A stretch of DNA of 63,144 nt, filler included, from Octopus bimaculoides (taxonomy: Eukaryota), in NCBI RefSeq assembly GCF_001194135.2. It is 6 parts of 6 records of this genome, joined end to end, with 100 filler letters (N's around TTAATTAATTAA, not from the genome) between each part and the next. Parts side by side here need not be neighbours in the genome. Positions count along the whole stretch, not along the records: positions 52,916 to 59,013 come from NC_068987.1; positions 59,114 to 63,144 come from NC_068989.1; 4 more parts are not named here. The stretch is one strand, 5' to 3'. This document shows, piece after piece, positions 53,644 through 63,144 of this stretch; the stretch's first letter is position 1; the number at the start of each line of letters is the position of its first letter. The notes under the pieces are model-generated. The model saw nothing but the letters and a program-made list of their open reading frames with translations, had not been told where the DNA came from and searched no databases. A program made the position numbers and the translations under genes.

Positions 53644-53715
53644 TACAGTAGAATTTTGATTTAAAGTACTTTCTAGTTTCCTTTAGAGATGACGAATTAG
53701 GCAAATTCTACTGTA
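53644..53715. mobile_element. 72-bp related MITE
   Basis: tacagtagaatt...gacgaattaggcaaattctactgta; same termini as 53111-53215. Confidence 0.7.
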
Positions 53716-54034
53716 GAAATTTTGTTCTGTACTTTTCCAGGTGTAATAACTTGAAAATATTAACTTGCATGCGCCCTTCTCGCATACGAGATGTTTAAAA
53801 GAAAATTACGTTTTGAATGTGATTTTAGGCGTTACCATTTCTTTCGGCACATTTGACCCCAGTAGTTTTTTTTTTTCATTAAAACATTTTTTTGATATAA
53901 TTGGCACCATCAAATTCCTCTAGTGGAGATCTATCAGAAAAGTTAAATTTAGATATAGTTTTCTTTTGAAATAAGAATAATATTTGGAGTCAAAGTCGAT
54001 TTTATGCGTTAATCTCCTTTTTTTTTCACCGGTT

Positions 54035-54455
54035 TTTACCTCTTTTACTCTTTTACTTGTTTCAGTCATTTGACTGCGGCCATGCTGGAGCATCGCCTTT
54101 AGTCGAGTAAATCGACCCCAGGACTTATTCTTTGGAAGTCTAGTACTTATTCTATCGGTCTCTTTTGCCAAACCGCTAAGTTACAGGGACGTAAACGCAC
54201 CACCATCAGTTGTCAAGCGATATTGGTGGGAGGGGGGAGGGAAAACACAGACATACAAACATATACACACACATACATACATATATACGACGGGCTTCTT
54301 TCAGTTTCCGTCTACCAGATCCACTAACAAAGCTTTGACAGCTCGAGGCTATAGTAGAAGACTCTTGCCCAAGGTGCCACGCAGTGGGAATGAACTCGGA
54401 ACCATGTGGTTGGTAAGCAAGCTATCTACCACAGCCACTCCTGCGCCTGTGCTTA
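54035..54455 (-). mobile_element. SINE family A, full length, young
   Basis: Complete from tail ctcttttactcttttacttgtttcag to head accacagccactcctgcgcc. Confidence 0.93.
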
Positions 54456-54950
54456 CCACACAGCCACTCCTACATTTTTTCTACGGAATATGTTTGCATA
54501 TAAGTTACATGGATAGATTACTCTTATCGAGATCTCTCATATAAGCTAAAATAAAATACAGATTTCTTTAAAAAGACCTTTATCAATGTTTCATCTAAAG
54601 GGCGCGTGGGCACACTCTCACATATACATGTAGCATCCATTATTACGTTGCATGCCCATACACACATCATAACATTATGCGTCGCCACAAGCACGTGCAC
54701 GTCATCAGTACGCACGCATACACAATCAAACACAAGTACACGTACTCTCACATATGCGAAAACATTCACAAACAAACAAGCAGACATATAGAAGCATGAA
54801 CACAGTCATATGAACAAATGTACTTATAAATTGCACACACGATAAAACTCATAAACATATAAAGGCACTCTTATTCTCTTCTCAACTATTTCAATAGGTC
54901 AGAGAATATTCTCATTTTTTTTTCTTTCCTGATTCTGTTTTTTTTTCCAG

Positions 54951-55031
54951 ATCAGTGCTCAGTCATCCAAATCGAAAATAGCTTCAATTGTCTCAGAAAA
55001 TCAAATATTTATTCAGACAGCTATTTACAAG
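54951..55031 (+). CDS. Receptor-type guanylyl cyclase, exon at the start of the kinase-homology domain
   Basis: Long polypyrimidine tract ttttttccag|ISAQSSKSKIASIVSENQIFIQTAIYK|gtaaca; 81 nt, phase 0/0; resembles NPR1 ...GQFQVFAKTAYYK and NPR2 ...YQIFANTGHFK (recalled). Confidence 0.85.
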
Positions 55032-55359
55032 GTAACACCTATTTTTTATATACATAACTGAATTTCAATTTCAGTGTAAACAAAGAGCGAATTGTAACTA
55101 GGTGTGAACATAATTCTAAATTGTGTTTCTGTTGTTGTCTAACTTCTTAGTTAACCGTAAGTGTATTAAGGTCTACACTATCGATCGTGTCTTTCTTTTT
55201 CAACTCACTGGCACTCAAATGAGGGGATTTATTGAAACATATATGTCTTACAGTGCAAAAGCACTTTAAAAAGTGATTGGTCGTTCGTTGGTCGGTAGTC
55301 CTAAGTTCGATTTTATAGTGTAAATATTATAAATATTTATATGCGGGCATTCTGAAAAT

Positions 55360-55720
55360 ACCTCAAGGAGTTACGACCGTGCCCTGCTTTGTTACAAGCA
55401 GCCCTTTGACAAGGCACAGCACCCGTTCAGCCACCCTGCAAGGGATACGGCAGTCATGGGGCTGCAACATGGCGGATTCTGAAGAGGTAGCGGAAGAGCT
55501 TCTTACATTGATGCTAGTCAGAGTAATCTTAGAAGATCAATGGTCTGGACCATCAAGCTCTATCAAGAGAGTAACTGCAACGCGTTCAAAGGGGTGGCGT
55601 CCATGGTTGTATAATCATCTAATGAAAGATTTACTATGATTCAAGCTCCCAATTCGAATTCATAATAATGGGACCGAATGGTGGTAGAGAGTCATGGAAA
55701 TCCGTGAAAGTAACGGAAAA
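55360..55720 (+). mobile_element. GC-rich island, possibly a PIF/Harbinger transposase 5' remnant
   Basis: MADSEEVAEELLTLML...GWRPWLYNHLMKDL loosely resembles the Harbinger N-terminal W.RPWL...Y..LM.EL; no TIR found. Confidence 0.3.
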
Positions 55721-56073
55721 AAAATATATAATTTTTAATTGGTGGAAGTAAAAAAATTGATAAGTTTCTTTGTGTATTTAATATATCTTTTTTCACATTT
55801 ATGTCTCCCTTTAAAGTCTATTAGATCATCTAATTATAGTCGATATCTCATATTCATTTATATTAACCAATGATGAATTATTATGTTAGCATAATATTCC
55901 ATTAACTTTAGAAGTCGTTCTTCATGAGCACTGTCCTGCCTCTCTTGAATAAATAGTAAGAAGTCCACCTTATGAATTTGCACTTGACATAATACGAGAG
56001 CCCAGGACCTTCGTGATCGAACCATCGACCCATTGAGTTATTTCATACTTTTCATTTTCGTATTCTTTTGCAG

Positions 56074-56151
56074 GGAGCTCCTGTGGCAGTGAAAAGATTA
56101 CCTTTTCTAGATGTTGTTTTAAGCAAACCTCTGATTAAGGAATTAAATGAG
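56074..56151 (+). CDS. Receptor-type guanylyl cyclase, kinase-homology subdomain II-III exon
   Basis: ttcttttgcag|GAPVAVKRLPFLDVVLSKPLIKELNE|gtaaaa; 78 nt, phase 0/0; same length and motif as NPR1 [26 protein letters not shown] (recalled). Confidence 0.88.
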
Positions 56152-56359
56152 GTAAAAGAATTATTTTTAACCTTCGTTAGCCCTCCATATTTAATTATAA
56201 ACTGATTAAAAAAAAATAATTTAAGCCTTTGTAAGAAAGTGGTGTGAAAATTTACAAAACTGGGTGGCAATCATATGTTTGTAGAGGAAGACATGCTGCA
56301 GCTGTTAGACTGATTTCTAACATGGACACACGCGGTCAAATTTTGAGTGACTGGGCAGA

Positions 56360-56700
56360 GTTGATTACTTTGTAGTACGTGACTGGGATCTATTTTGGCG
56401 AATCTGGAAGGATACGAAGCAAAGTCTAGTTAGGCAGAATTCGAACTCTGCAAAATGCAAAATGATGCAACTAAATACTGCAAGACTTTATATCCTGTTT
56501 TCTGCAGTTTTTTGTCTTTTGCTGCTGCTGACATCGCTAGTGTTTTACCAACAGTACCATATAACGAATTATCATGAAGACAGTGAATTGTCAGAGCATC
56601 AAGTAGAACGCTTTATGGAATATGCTCCGACTCTCTACGCTCTAAGTTCAAACCCTGCCGAGGTTAAATTTACTTTCATCCTTTCGGGGTCAATAAGGAA
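56360..56700. mobile_element. Two degraded SINE family B copies in divergent orientation (minus about 56360-56510, plus about 56578-56700)
   Basis: ggcagaattcgaactc on the left; ctctaagttcaaaccctgccgagg...tttcatcctttcggggtcaataa on the right. Confidence 0.65.
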
Positions 56701-57834
56701 AGGACAATGCAGGATTATAGATTAGCGGAATTGTCAGAGTGTTTGAGGAGATGCATTGCGTTGTGTTCTGAGCTCTATTTCACCTCACATCACCATTTTC
56801 CTCGTTGAGAAGCCTGCCTGAAGGCAAGAGGTTTCCAAGGTTAGATGGAATGGCTCGGCTATTGGAATAATATCTAGGTCGTATGAATAATAATAAGAGG
56901 ACAGTGCAAATAGCAGAGTAACTGCAAGGACAAGGGAAAAAGTGTAAGCACAAAGTTTTAAATTTCCAACCGAAAAATGTCGAATAAGCTCCTTCTTCAA
57001 ACATAATGCTGATTTCCTGTGGTTTCGATTCTCAGTTAGGCTAACTTTTTTTTACTTCAGGTATGCCGCTAACGTTGTCGTGAAAGGAATGATTGCCACA
57101 CATTTTAAATCGTCACACTTAGTGTGGAATTTATAAGGGTAACAGAGAAAGAGATTTTGAGAAGTCCTGTATAACTAAATCGTTTTGCTCTTACTGTTTA
57201 ACCCCAGACAATAATCAAATAGACCTGTGGTCAAAGGCATTCCAGCCATGATCATCTCGTCAATTAACAGACTGACAAATGTCTTCTTTAAAAAATTAAG
57301 ATGTGATTTGAGATAGATTTAGTTGCTATTTCTAGCATGTATTGTGACCGCACAGGCACTTCCTCATTACTTTGAGTGGTCAATTTTTAAAAGCACAAGT
57401 GTGCAAGTCATTATTACGCCGAGGGGGACCTTAGATGGACGCACCTATGTCGCGAGCTAAAAGTACTCAAGCAACGAGAGAACCTCTGCGCTCGAAACAG
57501 CAGAAAAGCACTCTCATATAAGACACTTCTGTCATAAAAGGACACACATGCCGAAGAGGTTGTATATATACAAAAAGATGGTGCGTTCAATCAAATGTAG
57601 TTTGGAGGGGACAAAAAATGATAGTACATCTATTCGAAATAGGGCCATAGAGAGGTCAAGTTTCTTGGGAATGCATGAAGCATGACGTTAATCACGGGAT
57701 ACACCCTAACATTCATTAAGTAGTTTACTAATTCGTCAGTGGCGATTATCTTTGATTATGTTCATATCTACAAATATAATTTGCTGTGCAAATATATTTA
57801 TATTTCATGTATGATGAGATATGAAACATTTCCC

Positions 57835-57890
<56 letters not shown>

Positions 57891-57893
<3 letters not shown>

Positions 57894-58982
57894 GGTACGT
57901 AAAATATTTGAGGATAGATTTATGTTTATAAAAAAACAGATATATAACAGATAACTTTATTTATCAAAAAATGCTCTGAGGATAAAAATAAACCTTCTTT
58001 TCAATAAAGCCCCCTTTCAGCTTCAACAACGCTCCACATGTAATAGTCCAATGGATTGAGATCTGGGGAATTAGGAGGCCAAACGTTAGGGGTTATGTGA
58101 TCATTAAATTTTTCAGCCATCCATTCCTGTGTTACTAGAGCCATGTGTGATAGTGCAGAGTTTTACTGAAACACATATGGCCTTCCATTTCATGCATTGT
58201 CTAACAGTTTTTTCCAGGATCTCAATGTAGGCGGCAGAGTTAACTCTAAGGCCTTGTGGAAAGAAGTAAAGAGCCATCACATGTCCTTCATTGCTGAGAA
58301 CCCCTAAAACAATAACAGTTGCAGGAAATTTTGTATGCATAACACTTGGAACTTCAGATGGGTCTGCACATAACCATCTGTCATTTTTTCTAACTTTTTG
58401 ATCTTTATCGAAGTTTTTCTCGTTTAAAAAAATTAAATGAAATCTTCTGCTGGATTTTTCAGTTTGTTTAAGAATCTTTTAGATCTGATGTAGTGATTTT
58501 CTTCTGCTTTTTCTCACAAATTGACCTTTACTCATCGTATAAGGCTAATATATGGTGTCTTCGTGGACAACATTTCCGACTGTTCCTTCTGACACATGGA
58601 GATCTTTTGCAATTGACCGCATGGACTTTCTGGGATTGTAATCAATGGTCTGTTGAACTTTGTGGATAAATTTAAGTGTTCTGATGATTTCAGAGCGTTT
58701 AAAATGCTTTTTATGCTTCGATACTGGTTATACGTTTCCATCTTTAGTCTCAAACTCCTTACAAACTTTGTAGACGAAGGATCTGGAAACTTTTAAAAGT
58801 CGAGATATTTCTAACTCGTTATGCTCAGCCTTTATAGCCACAATAACAGCGTATCTCTTCATTTCTTGAGTAAGCTGAGGGTCTGCCATTATTATTTTCT
58901 GAAACAAAGATTATACAGAGTTAGCAAAAAATGCAGCAATAACCCCCAAAAATGTATGTCCTCAAATACGTTATGCACGCTG
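57891..58982 (-). mobile_element. maT/DD37D-type Tc1/mariner transposon, both TIRs present, transposase degraded
   Basis: TA-cagggtacgtaaaatatttgagga...tcctcaaatacgttatgcacgctg-TA; HTKFPATVIVLGVLSNEGHVMALYFFPQGLRVNSAAYIEIL. Confidence 0.9.
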
Positions 58983-59208
58983 TATACACACGCGCACACA
59001 TATATATGTATATNNNNNNNNNNNNNNNNNNNNNNNNNNNNNNNNNNNNNNNNNNNNTTAATTAATTAANNNNNNNNNNNNNNNNNNNNNNNNNNNNNNN
59101 NNNNNNNNNNNNNCGTTCTGGATTGTGTTTCTACCACGCGAAATTTGGAAAGGACGCACGTTCATGCAGGCCACTCTGCTCATACAAAATCAACATCCCT
59201 CATAATTC

Positions 59209-59253
59209 GGGAAACGACCAAGCCAGGACATAAGGACGACGAACGTCCCTGGC
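59209..59253 (+). promoter_or_regulatory. -1 programmed ribosomal frameshift signal at the gag-pol junction
   Basis: G GGA AAC heptamer in gag frame, 6-nt spacer, stem gccaggac (59222-59229) / gtccctggc (59245-59253); the protease DTG codons at 59317 are in the -1 frame. Confidence 0.85.
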
Positions 59254-60592
59254 CGAGCCAACAAAAGTCGTCTGTTGTATATTCACGACTGTACCTCAGG
59301 TACCCGTTTTCTCGTGGATACCGGAGCCGAAATTAGCATCATCCCCGTTTCACTAACTTCCGGCCACAGGAAACAGACGCTAACTTTTCTCTAAGCAGTT
59401 AACCAGTCTCCCATTCAGACTTTTGGCGAACAGTCCTTGACTCTGAATTTAGGTCTTCGCCGAGTATTTCAGTGGATTTTCGTTGTTGCCAAGTTACCGA
59501 CACCTATAATAGGAGCCGACTTTCTACACCACTTTGGTCTTTTGGTCGATGTTAAACGATGCAGACTCGTGGATAGCACCACCAATCTGACTGTGCGCGG
59601 CATTACCGCACGAATACCCACAGTCGGACCAATCCTTGTATCTCCCCACACTGGACGTTACTTGGATGTTCTTCGCCAGTTTCCGGATTTAGAAACACCG
59701 ATATTAAACATGGCATCACGCATCGTATCGAGACCACAGGCCCACCGGTAGCATCGCGACCGAGAAGATTGCCCCCAGCCCGCCTGCGCATAGCAAAGCA
59801 GGAATTCCAGCACATGCTAGATCTAGGGATAATTCAACCGTCGAACAGCAGTTGGTCCAGCCCTCTTCATTTAGTTCCTAAGAAGGAAACAAACGGCTGG
59901 CGTCCATGCGGAGATTACAGAGCTCTCAACAAAGCTACAGTGGTTGACACCTATCCCATACCATACTTGCAGGACTTCTCCGCTTCGCTGAACGGAGCAC
60001 GGATTTTCTCCAAAATAGACTTAATTCGAGCCTACAATCAAATACCCGTTGAACCTACCGATGTCCCCAAAACCACAATTGCCACTCCTTTTGGTGCATA
60101 TCAATTCTTGCGAATGCCGTTTGGATTACGAAATGCAGCGCAAACATTTCAGCGTTTCATCGACACTGTCACAAGAGGTTTACCCTTCGTCTACGCATAT
60201 ATCGATGATATGCTAGTAGCGAGCGCCTCTGAGGCCGAACATGAAGATCACCTCAAACAACTTTTCCAGCGACTAACTGAGTATGGCATAGCCATTAACA
60301 CAAAAAAATGCATTTTCGGTATCTCATCTCTGCCTTTCCTCGGGCACATCGCTGACAAAGATGGAATTCGTCCTCTGCCTGACAAAGTGGAAGCCATAGT
60401 GAATTTTCCTATCCTAACGTCTCTTCGGAAACTCCGTGAGTTTTTGGGACTCGTAAATTTCTACCGTCGCTTTCTTCCACATTGCGCCGAAGCAGCTCAA
60501 CCGCTTATCAACATCCTGCGCAACAGACCGACGAAAAAGAAGAAGCAAGACATTGCATTATGTGACACACAACTAGCCTCCTTCAACAAGCT

Positions 60593-60954
60593 TGTAGTAA
60601 CGCCTTGTCTCGTGCGCATGCGTAGTCATCAATATCCAAGTTTGGCGCCCTTATTCATTCTCTTTTCCCGGCCGGGCGGCNNNNNNNNNNAGTTTGGCGC
60701 CCTTATTCATTCTCTTTTCCCGGCCGGGCGGCCATGAGCATGGTCATGTCAAGCTGTCTCTCCAGCTTTCCAACTCTGGGGAAGGCTCACAAACAACATT
60801 CCAGCGTCTCAGCAACCAAGATTAAAGCTGCCTATTTTCCTCCATAAATAAATATTGTTGTGTTGATAGTTCAGAGTTCTGCGTTCCGTTATTATTTAGA
60901 ATTTAATATAGGAAAGTGGGTGTACACCTAATGGTGTATAACCACTTTCCTATA
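60593..60954. mobile_element. Solo-LTR-like insertion in the Gypsy pol gene, 4-bp TSD AGCT
   Basis: Removing it restores TTC AAC AAG CTA AAG GAT ATG (FNKLKDM); starts TGTAG, ends CTATA; AATAAA at 60847; terminal hairpin 60907-60954. Confidence 0.85.
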
Positions 60955-62153
60955 AGCTAAAGGATATGCTAGCTACAGCTACGATGCTAGTTCATCCTAA
61001 ACCTGATGTTCCACTCGCATTACTGGTCGACGCCTCTCAGACTGGAATCGGCGGCATCCNNNNNNNNNNNNNNNNNNNNNNNNNNNNNNNNNNNNNNNNN
61101 NNNNNNNNNNNNNNNNNNNNNNNNNNNNNNNNNNNNNNNNNNNNNNNNNNNNNNNNNNNTCAAAAGGCAAAAGTACATAGACATATCAAGTCACCCGTTG
61201 GTAATTTTACAGCACCAGACAGTCGTTTCCAGCACACCCACGTAGACATCGTTGGACCTCTACCTCCGTCTCACAACTATACATACCTACTCACTTGTAT
61301 CGACCGCTTTTCACGATGGCCCGAAGCTTTCCCTCTCTCTGATACCACAGCAGAAACCGTGGCGAAAGTGTTGATATCACACTGGGTACCACGTTTTGGT
61401 ATCCCTGCTATCATCACGACAGACAGAGGAAGACAATTTGACTGTCACCTTTTCAGCGAGCTTACTCGACTCATCGGTTCCAAACACTTTCGCTCTACAG
61501 CATACCATCCAACAGCAAATGGCATGGTGGAGAGATTCCACAGGCAACTAAAATCAGCCATACGGGCATATCCTGACGTAAACAATTGGATAGATTTCCT
61601 TCCGTTAATCCTGCTTGGTATCCGTACATCCGTCAAGGATGAGATCGGATACTCACCGGCAGAACTCGTTTACGGCACCACATTAACCCTGCCTGGACAA
61701 AAGATTGCTCCAGTAATTCCACAGGATATCCCAGATCCCACAACATATGTGCATCGCCTACGTGCACATATGTCACAACTGTCACCAAACCCACCTCGCC
61801 CGCAGGAAACTGATACATATGTCCCCACGGACATTAATCAATGGACACACGTGTTCGTTAGAAATGACGGAATACCAGCACAAATCCGGCCACCGTATTC
61901 CGGCCCTTACAAAGTACTGCAAAAGCGGGACAAATACTTCGTTCTCGATGTATATGGTAAAAAGAATACTGTTAGTATTGATCGGCTCAAGAAAGCCATC
62001 ATGGAATCCGATACGGCACCACCATCATCATCACCATCGACTACGCATCGAAGCGAAATAACTGCATCAGAACTTCCCACCAGTACATCAAAGTCTCCAC
62101 AACACCCTCACACAAAAAGCGGCAGAAGAGTTCGTTGGCCGGCGAAATATGTA

Positions 62154-62512
62154 CAGGGTCCGGCAAAATGATCTGACACATTTGTAGGTTTAATAAAAGG
62201 CAAATGAATTAAAGTTACAAAAAAGTTTTTTCATTTTCGAAAGGTACATATGATGCTATTTTGTTTTGTTTCGTTTCGTTTCATTTTATTTTCGTTTCGT
62301 TTTCGAATAATGTTATTTTGTTTCATTTCAGTTGCTAACATGAATTGGACTGGTGAGCATCGCGCTTTCATTGTGGAAACGTTTATTAAGAACGAATCTG
62401 TAACTGCAACACAACGAGCGAAAGAGATATTGAAACTCGCAGAGCATTGTGTTTGCAAGTGCAACAAAATATCCCCAATGCATCTGTTGTGTTGTTCAGT
62501 GACGAGGCGCAA
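62154..62512 (+). mobile_element. Tc1/mariner-superfamily element with DUF4817-like HTH, internally deleted, inserted at TA after the Gypsy integrase
   Basis: TA-cagggtccggcaaaatgatctgacacattt; MNWTGEHRAFIVETFIKNESVTATQRA joined to DIETRRALCLQVQQNIPNASVVLFSDEAQ (first catalytic Asp motif). Confidence 0.8.
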
Positions 62513-62932
62513 GTCTTTTATATTTAAAAAAAAAAAGAAGGAAAAACACCCCCACGTAAGTGATTTCCACACTTCAATATTTACTTCTGTGAACAATTAC
62601 ACCAATGAACATTTACATGAACGAACACTTATACAATTGAACAGTTACTCACGAACTAATAAAAAAAAATTGTTTTTAATCCTTGGGATAATTATGCATG
62701 ATATATTCCCTTTGCATGCCTTGAAATTATGTACTTTACCTTATTTTACTTTTGCCTCATTTATTATATATATGCCATTTAATTACTTTGTAAATTGCCA
62801 CATTCACGCACACGCATATTTCCAAACTCACAAGTTATATACACGCATTTAAATACCATGCATTTAATGCCCGACTAAGACTGCGTTTTTTTTTTCACAG
62901 TTAGGCTTTTCGGTTTCAAGCTATATCGAAAA

Positions 62933-63144
62933 CTAGCAGTATAGCCCGGCTTTGCCCGGGATTAAGTTGGGATTATTAAGCTAATCAAGTTCTTTATTTC
63001 AAACCAAACTAAGTAACATGACGTCAAATTTGGGCAGAATCAGTGTTGCAACTGGAGCGCATGAGTTGGGAGTTTGATCGGCAGAGGTGATCAGGTTACA
63101 CATGCCATCCCTTTGGAAACACCACCGCCATCATCTAACCCCTC
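62933..63144 (-). mobile_element. Helitron-like 3' terminus (element continues beyond the window)
   Basis: Reverse complement ends cccgggcaaagccgggctatactgCTAG-t: GC hairpin about 8 nt before CTAG. Confidence 0.65.

Larger units (their letters stand above)
59114..62153 (+). mobile_element. Ty3/Gypsy LTR retrotransposon internal region (gag end, PR, RT, RNase H, IN), disrupted
   Basis: Gag knuckle CFYHAKFGKDARSCRPLC; protease FLVDTGAEISIIP; RT WSSPLHLVPKK...WRPCGDYRALN...FLRMPFGLRNA...YIDD; RNase H LVDASQTGIG; integrase HVDIVGPL...TDRGRQF...NGMVERFH. No own LTR visible. Confidence 0.97.

Noticed and set aside
56462-56725. 87-aa ORF resembling a type II membrane protein (MMQLNTARLYILFSAVFCLLLLL...)
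   Set aside because: It is built from two divergent decayed SINE B copies; the hydrophobic run is incidental.
57030-57140. ctaac...ttttacttcag|gtatgc as the next cyclase exon boundary
   Set aside because: The required phase-0 frame stops at once (GTA TGC CGC TAA) and the expected MRD..H...RF.GAC motif is absent; the next exon is probably beyond the window.
60639-60732. 42-bp direct repeat inside the solo-LTR-like insert (and a similar one at 21357-21466)
   Set aside because: The copies flank a 10-N gap: unmerged contig overlap.

Overview
AT-rich animal genomic DNA from a gapped draft assembly. The SINE families, microsatellite load and very long introns look cephalopod/octopus-like (inference). 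No long intact ORF exists; the real genes are short exons that the ORF track misses. Two genes lie head-to-head around a CpG-retaining region at about 33.5-36 kb. (1) Spermidine synthase (SRM), minus strand: three coding exons at 29685-29812, 27690-27810 and 23980-24072; exon 4 onward is not visible, so intron 3 is probably >24 kb. (2) A receptor-type (NPR1/NPR2-like) guanylyl cyclase, plus strand: two kinase-homology-domain exons at 54951-55031 and 56074-56151. No extracellular or transmembrane exons are visible upstream; instead there is a candidate start exon encoding MATRFEAK (36111-36134) whose phase fits direct splicing, which suggests a cytosolic, ectodomain-less form. The rest is transposon-derived: RTE and RTE-BovB LINEs, CR1 fragments, a near-full-length Neptune-type Penelope-like element in SRM intron 2, four tRNA-type SINE families (one as a 4-copy tandem array), mariner/maT/Tc1 elements, MITEs and foldbacks, hammerhead-ribozyme remnants, a Helitron 3' end, and a Ty3/Gypsy element with an intact -1 frameshift signal that carries a TSD-flanked solo-LTR-like insert ending in a hairpin.
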